NCBI RefSeq assembly: GCF_052425735.1
Contig: NC_135763.1
Span: forward strand, 14,384,001 to 14,448,000
From: Oculina patagonica
Lineage: Eukaryota
Direction of reading: 5' to 3'
DNA length: 64,000 nt
Position numbers and translations under genes: made by a program. Under the pieces are notes generated by a model that was not told where the DNA came from, did not search any database, and saw only the letters and a program-made list of their open reading frames with translations. Positions 1 through 12,261 of the stretch are shown here, piece after piece; position 1 is the stretch's first letter, and each line of letters starts with the position of its first letter.

Positions 1-213
1 ACTCCACTTTTCATTAACTTTTTACTGAGTAGTAACAGAGACATAATTTATTCAGTGTTACCGAAGAAGGCCCACAGAGCTATATCATGGAAATTAACAA
101 CCACTATAGTCTTCTTGAATTCTTCTGTAAATCCTTTAATTTACTGTTGGCGTCTTCGAGAAATGCGGGTGGCCGTTAAAAAGGCTTTGAAGGAGATTTT
201 CTGTGGGAAGTGA
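1..213 (+). CDS. 3' end (TM7/helix 8) of a class A GPCR, truncated by the window start
   Basis: Frame 1 reads TPLFINFLLSSNRDIIYSVLPKKAHRAISWKLTTTIVFLNSSVNPLIYCWRLREMRVAVKKALKEIFCGK*; NPxxY motif; close paralog of 5296..6270. Confidence 0.9.
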   Translation, partial: TPLFINFLLSSNRDIIYSVLPKKAHRAISWKLTTTIVFLNSSVNPLIYCWRLREMRVAVKKALKEIFCGK

Positions 214-519
214 CATCGTTCCCTCAGGAAAAAGGATTTTCTACGCCGAATTTCAGGTTTTGACATTTTTGGGCTTTTCAAGCTTTCTTTGCAAGATTTA
301 AATTAAAGAAAAAGCTTGCCTATGTTTTCTTAAGAATGACCTTTTAAACATTAACATTATTTGTAATTTATCTTAGTCAAAGTCACCATTTACGAGGTGG
401 TTACGATCAGAATTGGTAAAATGATCATGACCACTTTTTAAAAAAACTGTTCCAAGTTCTCAGAAAACAAGAACTTCTAATGGTGGTAATGAATTTTACC
501 ACTACTTTGGGTAACTGCT

Positions 520-668
520 CTTAAAGTGCCTCTTTTCACCCAGGTGTATAAATGGAAACAGGCTTATTTAAGTTTGCGGGGGTAACCCTACGTTGGACTA
601 GCATCCCATCCTGTAGGGAGTATCTCCAGCAGTATTGGCCAGTTGGCCCGACGCAGACTTTGCCTTGC
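520..668 (+). mobile_element. SINE fragment
   Basis: cccaggtgtataaatgg...ggtaaccc...ggactagcatcccatcc core shared with copies at ~7360, 21752, 36160 and 42944. Confidence 0.7.
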
Positions 669-2203
669 CGCTGCTGATATGAGCAACCTTGTTTACGACT
701 TGGCGACTGTTCACAATAGTTTCAATGTGCAGTAACCCGGCAAAGCTGTCTGAATGCGCGATTGGGAGTGATAGAGACGTACATTTGTTAAGTATCTGAG
801 AACTTTAATAGAGTAATAGAGTCCTTGTTCGTGAGCTTAAGCATTTTGGCTTGAGATCTAAGGCGAGGGCGGGGTATTGTACAACACATGTAGTCTAAAG
901 CACGAACAATTTTCGCTTATTGTTGAAGATAAACTTATATAGACAGTGATAGTTCCAGCTACACGAAGTTTACTCTTTAGTATTTTTCTTGCAATTTATA
1001 GAATTATCTCGCAAAATAGAAAACAACGAGGGGTGAACGGAATTCAAAGTGGGTGAAAGAAACGTCGGATAGATCACAAAAAAGGAACAAATATCAGTGC
1101 TCTTACACCCAAACACATGATCTTGAAGGCGCTAAAAGAAACACTATTTTTGAGATAAAATAAAATAAGAAAAGAAAAGATTGTTGTGCGTTATACCTTA
1201 ATCTTTATTGCGTGTTCTTTGCAATGGTTTTTGTAAATTTGTTAATAATAATCGTCCAAACATTTTAGCAATGTTAGTCATCATTTTGTAGAGTACCTTT
1301 CCGTCTTGCATCGTGTATTTTGAAATTTCAGCTGAAAAGAACGTCACGTTTTGAATGCAAAACTAACAGTGAAGTCAGCGAATGTGCATGACTTCAATCT
1401 TGTGGTCTCTCTCGTTTTTAAATGGATTATGTTATACCGTAACGACAGCCGGTCTCAAATCTATTTTAGCCCGCGAAATGAGGCACATGTGCACGCCGAA
1501 TCAATACTAATGGAGGGCGTCTTAAAAGTTCAGTTTTCGCTAAAATTAGCCGATTTTGCATGCTCTAAATACTATTCGCCGTGTAGAAAAAAGAACACTT
1601 TACGTTTAGAATTTACTTATTTGCATCAAGAAGGCAAATATTAGCAAAGCAGAGACGTCAATCTAGAAACACATTAGCAAATGGCAACTGTGCAATCTAT
1701 GGAATTGTGTCATTAAATGGTAAACACATACATGTACAAGGAGTGAACGAAAATTAATTAGGTCTTACTGAAGGTTACAATGTTTTTAACACGTTCTTTG
1801 GATAACTTTACTTCGAATAACGAAATCAACTGATCGTTTTTAAGTTTAACTTAATTTCAGACGAAACATGATGCACAATATTAAAATGGTATTCAAAATG
1901 AATGCCAGTACCAACAACCCAACAGTGTTTTTACTCAACTTTTTAAAGTCGAATATGCTTGAAGTGACAAACAGACAAGTTATGTCGGTCATTTTGTTAG
2001 TTAGGGCAATTCGACAGTTTTTGTCTTAATACTAAGTTGAAGCGTCATATTTTGGAGGCTAGAAAATGACACAATCTAACTGACAAATTCTGTCGGTCAA
2101 TTTGTCAAAGAAACAAGGAGTGTAAAGTTTAACTTTGGACTATGCCGGGAAGTAAATTTACCGGCCGTCCAAGATGCGAAAATAGGAGTTTTGAAATCAC
2201 CTT

Positions 2204-3115
2204 CAGGGGCGGATCCAGGTTTTTTATGGCGGTGGGGGTGGGGGGTATCAGGCTTTTAAACAGGATTTTGAAAGTGGGAGTCCAAATTAGTTCAAGCCTG
2301 AGACCCATATTTCATAGGGCCGTAGGCTCCTTCCCCCTAGGGGGGTCTGGGGGCATGCCCCCTCAGAAAACTTTGAGAACTTGAAGCCTCTTAGACGTGA
2401 TTTCCGCGATTTTGAGCAGCTTAATACATTTTTCAACAAAGTAATAAACCGCTGTTTTTCCTTAATAATTTAGCAAACCTCTTATTTCCTTAACGTACCT
2501 TGAATTATATTTGGGACAAAAACTCTAGTTCTTATATGAATAGTGATTGAAATTTGAAGTTGAAAAGCCACGAACTTTCACGAAGGAATGCGTTGTTTTG
2601 CTCACCCACGTGCGAGGAAAGTTTTAGCTCTTGGCAAAGTGGCATGGGGACATTTTGGTAAGTCAATGTTTTTAGAATAGCGGCTTTGCTTGAGAATCGA
2701 AATCGCTTCGATGCGAAGAAAACGGTAAGAAAACTTACTAAAAAGATTAATATGGAGAAGAAAATCATGCCAGCAAGGCTAAAGCAACTCTTGAAAGCTT
2801 AAAAGAATGTAATTTTTTTAAATTATACCACATGTTTTGTTACATCAAGCACAGAAGTTCGTAAAACAGGCTGTCGAAAATCTCCTGTTTCGGAAAAGTG
2901 GCCGTCCTTTACTTTGAACGGTCGCCTGGCTAAGGAAGGTGAATGTTAACAAATATGTCAAATTTACTTTAGCTAAAAATATTAACACCTTTTTCCCCTT
3001 ACTCAGTGTCATTGTCCTTATTTGCTATTTGAATGTGTTTATTTTCATTTTTCTGGTGGATCAAGGGGGGTGGCTAGCCACCCAATCCACCCCCCCCCCC
3101 CTGGATCCGCCCCTG
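2204..3115. mobile_element. Non-autonomous TIR DNA transposon (MITE-like)
   Basis: TIR caggggcggatccagg / cctggatccgcccctg; flanked by direct repeat ACCTT (2199-2203, 3116-3120); paralogous empty sites read caccttgccc (~3665) and taccttggct (~4583). Confidence 0.8.
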
Positions 3116-3399
3116 ACCTTGCCTGAGAAAATATCACTGCTCTTCCACCCAAACATTTTATCTTGGAGGCGCTAAAGGAAGCACAAGTTCAGCGTTTCGA
3201 CAACTTAAATGTTGGTAGTTCTATAAAACATCTGTCGCGATCGACGCAATTTTGTCAGAATCCTTTTAAACTTCGTGACATTATATTTCTTAAAGAAATT
3301 CACCCATTTGAACATGGTCTTGAAGTAGTAGAAAGGCGTAAACACGATTCAAACTATCCCACGCATATCCTGCTTATCGAAAAGCGTAATACCCAGGTA

Positions 3400-5210
3400 T
3401 AAACAAAGCCAAACCAATATAAGGCAACACGCACCCGGTGTTAATTACTGACATGCGTAATTCCATCTCACGAACAAAACAAAGCCATTATGTGACAATA
3501 CAGAAAGGTTAAAAAACTGTCAAATTCTGTCTGACAATGTTTCAGACAAACTGAAAGTGTTTCAAGCTTGTTCTAAGACTTTTTAAAAGAACACATTTAC
3601 CGGTCGGTCAAGATATGAAAATAACAGATCGGAAAGCAAAAGAAAGCATTAAATAGTTCTGAAGCACCTTGCCCGAGTCTTTAAAAAAGAAAAAAGAAAA
3701 AGGTGGCCGATATCACTGCCATTTTATTCAATTATTTCAGCTTTAAGGTGCTAAAGGAAACACTATCTGATCATTTTGGAAACTAAAATTTGGGTAGTTT
3801 TATAAAAACACTTGCCGTGCTCGAAGCTATTTTGACCTAACCCCTTTGAGCTTTGTGAATTTACATTTACCTATTTAAACTAATGGTACAGAATTGAACT
3901 CGTTGACTGGCGTAAACATGATTAAAAATAACCCACGCATCCGTTAATAACTGAACAGCATAAAACCAAATCAATATGAGGCAACATAAACGTTGAAAAA
4001 AGTTGATTTATTGGCTTTTTAGTTTAGCTCTATCTGATTTTGCTTTTTGATTACATAGCAGACAGGTGTGTGGACAATATAAGTAAACATGTATCTACAA
4101 ATTTAGAAAACAGTCTATTATTGCTTGGTGCGGGCTCAATTCGATTAAAAACGATTGGGTTTTTTGAAATCGTTTCATTTACTGGCTAACACTAACAAAC
4201 TGTGTACCCTCTTGGAAACACCAACAAATTTTCAACGCGATCTTGTTTACTTTTTATTTTGATACACAGAGCATGTATTATATGAACAAAGCGAAGCCAA
4301 TATAAGGCAACGAGAAAACGTCATCTCACCCCGTTAATTACTGACATGCGTAATTCTAATTTGTTTGAACAAAACCAGAGCAATATGTGACAACATGAAA
4401 TCGCGAAAAAAAAAAATGAAAAACTCTCACATTCTCCCAGGCAATGTCAGTTTAACAGGCAAACTGAAAGTGTTTGCGGCTTTTGTTAAATCCTTCACAA
4501 AATCTGCACATTTTATTTCACCGGTCAGTCAAAATATGAAAATAAGAGGAAAGTAAAACAAAGTGTTAAATAGTTTTGAAGTTACCTTGGCTCAGACTCT
4601 GGAAAAAAGGAAAGAAGTAACAAAAATCGCTGCCATTTCACCCAAAACATTTCATCTAAAAGGTGCTAAAGGAAACACTATCTGAACGTTCTGGCAAACC
4701 AAAATTTTTGATAGTTTTGTTAAACACTTGCCGTTTTCGAAGCTATTTTTACATAACCCTTTTGAGCTTTGTGAATTTACATTCACCTATTTGAACAAAT
4801 GGTAAAGAATTGAACTCGTCGACTGGCGTAAACATGATTAAAAATAACCCACGCATCCGTTAATAACTGAAAAGCGTAATACCAAATCAATATGAGGCAA
4901 CATACAAACGTCAACCAACGTTCTCCGCCATTAACTGACATGGGTAATTCCACCCTATGAACAAAACTATCAAGTATCAACAATGTGGAAACGTTGAAAA
5001 AAGTTGATTTATTGGCTTTTGAGTTCAGCCCCATCTGATTTTGCTTTTTGATTACATAGCAGACAGGTGTGTGGACAATATAAGTAAAAATGTATCTACA
5101 AATTTACAAAACAGTCCATTATTGCTTAATGCGGGCTCAATTTGGTTAAAACCGATTGGGAAAGGTTTTTTTGAAATCATTTCATTTTCTGGCCAACACT
5201 ACTGAACAAG
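3400..5210. repeat. Diverged tandem duplication (~0.9-1 kb period) of the GPCR upstream region
   Basis: 3843-3955 matches 4760-4872; 3989-4200 matches 4991-5205; older copies near 1040-1260 and 2080-2200/3116-3400. Confidence 0.8.
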
Positions 5211-5295
5211 CTGTGGACGTAAGCGAGTGAAATACCCTATTCGATACACCACGAAGTTTCTACGTGTTCTAGGATACTATTTATTGCAGATAAAC

Positions 5296-6270
5296 ATGTA
5301 CCTCAACTATTCTATAAACTGCCAAGAAAAGCAAGTTATTACTCAAGAAAATAATTCTTGTTATCATTTTCCCGTATTTCTGGCTGAAAATGTTCCGCAA
5401 AAACTCATCGTGTCTAACTGTGTGATTAACATCCTGCTTTTGGTAACAGCAACCGTTGGAAACATTTTGGTTTTATCTGTAGTATGGAAGACGCCTTCTC
5501 TTCGCTCTCCATCGATTGTCTTACTCTGTGGTCTTGCAACAACTGATCTTGTTGTTGGCCTTGTCGTCCAGCCATTGTTTCTTTCCATGGAACTGATGCT
5601 ACTCCTCTCAAACTCGGCAGAGTATCATTGTGATTTGGGAAAAGCGTACATCGCCCTTTCCTATACAGTATGCAGTGCATCTTTGATGACAGTAACAGTC
5701 ATAATTCTAGATAGGTTATTAGCAATTCGGTATCATCTGAGGTATACCAGTATTGTAACTGTTCCACGAGTCATCTACATTATGGCTCTTATCTGGTTGG
5801 TAAGCGGATTTTTAGCAAGTCTAGTGCTTTGGAGTGGAAGAAATGTATTTACTGTTGTGATCGCCATAGGAGTTGCCATTTGTCTTTGCTTGTCTACGTA
5901 TGCTCATTTAAAAATACATGTCGTCGTTCGCCGACATCGACAACAAATACAAGCGCAAGCGGAAGCAGTACAGACTGGGAATGGTTTTAACGTGGCACGT
6001 TTCAAACGGACCGCTGCCAACGCTTTCGTAATTCACTGCTTTCTACTATTTTGCTATACTCCACTTTTCATAAACTTTTTGCTGAGTAGCAACAAAGACA
6101 TTATGCAATCAGCATTATATAAGAAAGCCAACAGAGCTATATCCTGGAAATTAACAGCCACTATAATCTTCCTGAACTCTTCTGTGAATCCTTTTATTTA
6201 CTGTTGGCGTCTTCGAGAAATGCGAGTGGCCGTGAAAAGAGCTTTAAAGGGGATCTTCTGTAGGTTGTGA
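5296..6270 (+). CDS. Class A (rhodopsin-like) GPCR, adenosine/melanocortin-receptor-like, 324 aa
   Basis: 7 hydrophobic segments; GN (TM1), LAxxD (TM2), LDRL (DRY position), NPFIY; ATG at 5296 just after a putative acceptor ttattgcag. Confidence 0.93.
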   Translation: MYLNYSINCQEKQVITQENNSCYHFPVFLAENVPQKLIVSNCVINILLLVTATVGNILVLSVVWKTPSLRSPSIVLLCGLATTDLVVGLVVQPLFLSMELMLLLSNSAEYHCDLGKAYIALSYTVCSASLMTVTVIILDRLLAIRYHLRYTSIVTVPRVIYIMALIWLVSGFLASLVLWSGRNVFTVVIAIGVAICLCLSTYAHLKIHVVVRRHRQQIQAQAEAVQTGNGFNVARFKRTAANAFVIHCFLLFCYTPLFINFLLSSNKDIMQSALYKKANRAISWKLTATIIFLNSSVNPFIYCWRLREMRVAVKRALKGIFCRL

Positions 6271-7401
6271 TTTTGCTTTTGACTAAGAAACCTAAATTCT
6301 AAAATTTGCTAGTTTTATCTGTCTGTGCAAAGTTTTAGTCCTATTTAGTTTTAGTTTATAAAATATCGCTGAGAGCTATTTAAAATGTAACTCATTAAAA
6401 CTAGCAATATTCGTAGTGGCTACGATCAAAATAGTATAATTATGTGCACGAGGCGGAGTAAAATTAAGGATATTAATGTTGGAGTATGATTAATTGACTG
6501 ATATTGCATAACACTATTGGACTGAGATTGTATAGCCTGGCTAGAACATTATTAGGCTAGGATTGAATTAAATTTTTACTTGAGTCTGACTGACATGAAA
6601 CATGAAATGTATGGCATTGTTATAATAGGAATAAATTCCATAATAACGGAGCTCAAGCGCGCGACGCGCGCCAGCGGAGCACCAAGGAAATTTGGTAAGC
6701 CCATGAAGCCGAAATAATTTGGTTATCGAGTGAGCGCCTACAGACTCTCGAGGAGGGCGAGGGAAGTCACATGACAACCCCTTATCATATCTCAAGGAAC
6801 GTTAAGGTTAACATCGGCTTGAATCTTTGATATTGGTCATCCATGTCATAGTCAATTGACAGCTGCCAAAACAAGGTATCTCCTGCCCAGTATCGCATGA
6901 CCATTCCGTGGGCTCAGGTGTAAAACTCATTGAGGTCATGTGCTGACCAAGTTATAGTTTTCCATTGAATCGCGGGTTCAAGTTTTACTTGTTTTGGTCA
7001 GGGTAATGACAGGATTTTGTAAGCGCAATTTTTCGATTGGAGACAATTATTTCCGAATTCGGCTATCGATCTTTCTTGAGTAGTATACGTTTAACAACTT
7101 CAATAACAGTATTTTCAATGAGAGTATCTTCACAAAACTTGAGGAACCAAAAAATAAGTATGGAGCTTCGCTTTTAGGCTTGACTAAATTTATATATTTT
7201 TAATATTTATTAGACTTGGTTTGAAGAACACTAATACATTGGCAGAACTTGATACCGAGATGATGTTTGTGACAGGTGCTTGCCTGCGAGTTGTGAATTT
7301 TACAATAGCGGCCCCAATCTATATACTCCCAAAATTCCCCAAATGCATGAGGTAACAAAGGTTAGGTCTGCGTCGAGTCTAGTGGCACATCTTACCGGAG
7401 C

Positions 7402-7490
7402 TTAGCATTAAGCGACTAGCATTAAGCGACTGTAGCATTAAGCTTAGCATTAAGCGACTAGCATTAAGCGACTGTAGCATTAAGCGACTA
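7402..7490. repeat. Minisatellite (tagcattaagcgac)n within the SINE
   Basis: Six imperfect tandem copies. Confidence 0.9.
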
Positions 7491-7557
7491 GAAGTACTTT
7501 TACCCTCCTCCTCTCCGGATGGGATGCTAGTCCATCGCAGGGTTACCCCCTAACATT

Positions 7558-8655
7558 ATAGACATTTAGCAACAGGGTTTTTACTTTAACCCTTTGACAC
7601 CCAAATTTTCCCCCAAAAAAACGCTTTTTTAGCCGCTAAACTGAAATTTTGGTACTATGGTCTTGAATTTACCTCAGCTTTGCTAAAGAAGCACTTTTTT
7701 ACACTTCAGCAACATTTTGATAAAGATTCTGTGTAAAAACGTATAATATTTTACTTTGGTGCATGCGCATAAGTCAAAATTCCACTGACGTGCTTATTGA
7801 TGACGTCACAAGTGAATCAATGACTGCACCTCCAAATAGCGCCTGAATGCGCGTTTAGGAGTGAAAGGGTTAACGGAAAACCGCAAACGCATTTTAACGT
7901 TATTTTTTTGGCGTTTGAGGTATCATGAACTCTACCGGTTTGTGAGGTATCATGAACTCTACCGGTTTAGATAGACGTCTGCAACCTCGAGCAAATTCGC
8001 GTGGAAAAAAAGTTTAACTAAAAGGGAAGATGACTTGTAAAATTCTAAAAATTAAAATTACCAGTGATCCGGTCTAACACCGCTTTCTTTATCGACGGTT
8101 GTTGAAGGAGGCACGAAGAAAAGCACACAAACTGGTCGTCAAGATTCACGGCAAAAAAAAAAATATTCTTTCTTACACGATAAATACAATTCTCTCAAAA
8201 CCTGCTCTGTTTTGTTACGGTATTTGTAATAGAAGTAGCTTACCTTAACGCTCACATTCTTCTTGAAATTTGACTGGTTCGCCTCTTCTGAGAAATATAC
8301 GGTGAGATTCCGAGAATTTACTTGCAAGCTTTCTGCCGCCATATTGGATTTGCGACATATACAAGTGCTTGTTTTTCAAAAGAAGACAAAAATGCTCAAA
8401 CTGCACTCTTTAGACTTGAGTTTTTTCTCTGTGTCTAGACAAATAACTTCTTCAGATATCTTTAGCGTCAATACGTGAGATGACTAAAAATAAAAGAGAA
8501 GAATCCTCGAGGGAAATCACCAACGTAAAAATCTACCTCTTGCCGTTGAAAACGTGCGTTGAAAACTTCAAACGTGACCTCGGGGCCTGGTCACGTGATT
8601 CCTAGACGATTGCGGTTTGAAGTTTATAGCCGAAAACCTGAAGCTAAATGTCTCT
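7558..8655. mobile_element. Non-autonomous TIR element, PIF/Harbinger-related (PHIS), 3-bp TSD
   Basis: TIR atagacatttagc / gctaaatgtctct; ATT on both sides (7555-7557, 8656-8658). Confidence 0.7.
7590..7869. mobile_element. piggyBac-type MITE
   Basis: TTAA on both sides (7586-7589, 7870-7873); TIR ccctttgacacccaaa vs ccctttcactcctaaa; near-identical partial copy at 55322. Confidence 0.88.
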
Positions 8656-9499
8656 ATTAGGTCACCGGTACCCATTTATACGCCTGGGTGGAGAGAGGCA
8701 CTATAAGAGTAAAGTGTCTTTTGAACGCAACATTCCGGTCAGGGCTCGAACCGAAGGCTTACGAACTTAAAAAGATTCCACAGTTGCCACGAAATATTGC
8801 GAAGGTAAACCGATGATTTCTAAAAGCTCAACCTTTACAATGATCTCGAAAGGTTGGTTATTTGCGACAACTGTCAGATCTAGTACAGAAATATGCTCTT
8901 AGTTTTGTTGAATGTAAAGTTTTAGATTAGTCTTTTTATTAAAGTGGGTTCTTAAAAGTTGGCATGTTAAAAGATGCAAGAACAAGCAGAAAAATGTCCT
9001 CTTTTAATTTTGTTGAATGTAAGGTTTTAGATTAGACTTACTATTAACGTGCCTAACACCCTAGTGCCCATTGCCTAGTGCCAGTCTCTTAATTGCTACT
9101 TTATTGTAGTCAATAAGGTGAAAAAAGAGATTTATTGGGGATTTTTGTCGGCTGATAAAACATACTGATTTGCTTTTCCCATATTATAACCTTTTAGCGT
9201 CAATTTATACTTCAAAACTTCGAAACGACCTTAAAACACGAAGCCAACTACATAAATAGCCTTGAGAGGATTTTTGAACTCATTTTACCGGGCAACGTTT
9301 TCACTTTCAAGCTAAAAGAAATCCAAAAGATTTTTATCGGATTATTCAGAAAATTGCGACTTTTTCCCAAAATGAATGATTTAAACTTTTCAATGTTAGG
9401 AGTTCTCGATACAATTAACGAGTCAAAGACCCTGCCCCACGAGTGTGGACATAATTTGTCACCCATGATATTAAAATGTAATCAAATGGTATAAATGAG

Positions 9500-9843
9500 A
9501 GCCGAGATGAGTTTCATCCCGGGATGGAAAATTTTTTATTTTACATGAGCGTGTTCACCCCGGGATGCTGGGATGTAAGTCGTCCCGCCCTAGTTGAATT
9601 CATCTCGCTCGTGCTTACATTACATTATATTTTATCCCGGAAAGACTATTTACATGGCGTTTTTTGTCAAGTTTCATCCCGGTGCTCAGGACAGAGATGA
9701 AATCCTCCCGGGATGAGTTCATCCCTGGACAAAATCATGTATCATCATGTAGAAAGCAACAAGAAAATGACCAGACACCGAAAATGAATTCATCCCGGGA
9801 CGAAAGTCATCCCGGGACGAAAACTCTCATGTAAAGAGGCCCT
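9500..9843. mobile_element. Harbinger-like MITE, left end eroded
   Basis: Repeated catcccgggat/gac subterminal motif; right end catgtaaagaggccc-tta. Confidence 0.55.
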
Positions 9844-10556
9844 TACTTGCGTTTAGTCTAAATTCTAATAATTTCCCTCACCTGAAGGCTCCGGAAATTA
9901 AAAGAATTTTAACAAAACGCGCGTGAAATTATTACCTAAAATATTTGCAATTGTCACCATTTGCATGATTACCCAGACTTATATCATTGATTGTAATTAA
10001 AAATGAAATGCTTACACACAGCTTCTCATCATAAAGTATTGAAAAAACTAACCGTGCCTAAATCATAATTTCTTAGACACATAATATACATATATAATAC
10101 ACAGAATTAGAATGTATTTCAGTTGGTAAATGTTTAGGTCATCGCGTATTTAAAAATTTTTGGCCAAAAACGTACTTTAGGAACCGGCAGGCTTGAAGTA
10201 AGACTTCACGGCGGAACGTGCAAATTAACCGCTCGGCCAACTTGAAATATGGAAATCATGAGAGTAAAAACACAAAAAGCACCTGTCATGCCTGACACAA
10301 TTTTGACAAGTCCCGTTAAGCTTTGTGAAAGTTTACTTATCAGGTTTTTAGTTTAGTCCTTCGGGAGGTTTTGTGAACATTTCTGTGTAATCATTTCGTT
10401 TACTTGAAAAATCATTATTAAGCTGTGAACGAGAGTGAGTGTAACAGACTGGAAAACATATTCACACTATCATCCCGATCTTGGTTTACTTGTATTTCCA
10501 AGGGGAGGATCGACATGTGACATAAATGGTCTATAAACTGCCAAGAAGAGCAGGAG

Positions 10557-11498
10557 ATGAGTCAAGAAAATAATTCTTGCTACCGTTTCCCTGTATTTCT
10601 GACTGAAAATGTTGCGTATGGACTCATCGTGTTCAACTGTGTAACGAACGTTCTATTGTTGGTAACATCACTCATCGGGAACATTGTGGTTTTATCTTCA
10701 ATATGGAAGACGTCTTCTCTTCGCTCTCCTTCGATCATTTTGCTTTGTGGACTAGCGACAACAGATCTTGCTGTCTGTTTGGTCGTTCAACCGTTGTTTC
10801 TTTTGATAGAACTGATGCAACTCCCCCCAAGCTCGACAAAGTATCCCTGCGTTTTGGGAAAGGCATTCATCACTATGTCCTATTCAGTATGCGGTGCATC
10901 TTTAATGACTGTTACGGCCATAAGCCTGGATAGGGTATTGGCAATTTTGTATCACCTGAGATATGCCAGTATTGTGACTGTTCCACGAGTCATCTACGTT
11001 ATAACACTAAACTGGTCAGTGAGCGGATTTCTGGCAAGTCTGATACTGTGGAGTAGCAATAATGTGTTCCTTGTTGTCATGGCTGTAGCAGTTGCCATTT
11101 GTCTCTGCTTGTCTACCTATTCCCATGTAAAAATATATCTTGTTGTTCGTCACCATCAACAACAAATTCAAGCGCAAGCAGAGGCAGTACAGTCAGTACA
11201 AGCTGGGAATGGTTTTAACGTGGCACGTTTCAAAAGGACAGCTGTCAACACTTTCCTAGTTTACTACTTTTTACTTTTTTGCTATACTCCACTCTTTATT
11301 ACTTTGTTATTGACTGGTAAGGAAGTCATAATAAATGCGGCATCATCAAAGAAGACCCATATTGTTATAGCATGGAAATTAACGACAACAATAGTCTTCA
11401 TGAATTCTTCGGCGAATCCTTTTATCTATTGTTGGCGTATTCGAGAAATGCGAGTCGCCGTGAAAAGGACTTTGAAGGAGATTTTCTGTGCGGAGTAA
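10557..11498 (+). CDS. Class A GPCR paralog, 313 aa
   Basis: 7TM; SLDRV; NPFIY; high similarity to 5296..6270. Confidence 0.92.
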   Translation: MSQENNSCYRFPVFLTENVAYGLIVFNCVTNVLLLVTSLIGNIVVLSSIWKTSSLRSPSIILLCGLATTDLAVCLVVQPLFLLIELMQLPPSSTKYPCVLGKAFITMSYSVCGASLMTVTAISLDRVLAILYHLRYASIVTVPRVIYVITLNWSVSGFLASLILWSSNNVFLVVMAVAVAICLCLSTYSHVKIYLVVRHHQQQIQAQAEAVQSVQAGNGFNVARFKRTAVNTFLVYYFLLFCYTPLFITLLLTGKEVIINAASSKKTHIVIAWKLTTTIVFMNSSANPFIYCWRIREMRVAVKRTLKEIFCAE

Positions 11499-12024
11499 TT
11501 TCGCTCTCGAATAAGACTCAGTAAACTGAATTTTGAATTTTGAAATATTTTGGCATAACTTTGAACTGTCTCTTTAAAAATACCAGGATAAAGTAATCAG
11601 GTAAAGGACTCACAGTTCAAAAAGAAAGTTCGCCTATGTTTTCATTGCTACAGCTTTGTATAATTTTACCTATTGAAATTTAAAGTTTAGTAAAATGGTA
11701 GGACTTGCTACAAATTGTCTGCATACATTGATGTCGTTTGTTATATTCTGCAACAAAGACAACAGAGTTTAGATCAGTTAATTAATAATTTGCACGTTGA
11801 AATTGGTATATTTGTTCACTCTATAAGTTACCATGGATACGACTCAGTTGATGTCAATATCATAATTTTGCAAACAGCTGGCTGCAGTTTGTGATCATCA
11901 AACCGATGGGGGGGGGGGCAAAATGCTATATCTCTTGCTAAAAACTACTTCCAAATTGTCGTAATTCAAGGAAAAAATGATGATAAATGAAAGTAACATT
12001 TGTTGTTACAAAAGGGATCTTGTA

Positions 12025-12091
12025 GGGCCTGTCCGGGAGTCGAACCCGGGACACACCCAAAGCGAGAATCATGCCACTAGACCAACAGGCC
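12025..12091 (-). pseudogene. tRNA-Pro(TGG) pseudogene
   Basis: Minus strand GGCCTGTTGGTCTAGTGGCATGATTCTCGCTTTGGGTGT-GTCCCGGGTTCGACTCCCGGACAGGCCC; 67 nt; 3' strand of the anticodon stem (CGAGA) deleted. Confidence 0.85.
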
Positions 12092-12261
12092 TTACACAAG
12101 GATTAAGATGCAAGTAAATGTAAATATAATGGCTACCTGTTTATCTCTGGCGTGGAGTTGCCGGAACACGGCATCAAAGAGCAGCTGATTAACTAAATTA
12201 AAATTTAATTCAGGTTGACCCGTTACTATGCAGGTACTGTTCATTGCATTTTAATCCATAG

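Larger units (their letters stand above)
7356..8760 (-). mobile_element. SINE split by nested DNA transposons
   Basis: SINE core broken at gcagggttaccccctaacatt (7557) and resumed at attaggtcaccggtacccatttata (8656). Confidence 0.75.
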
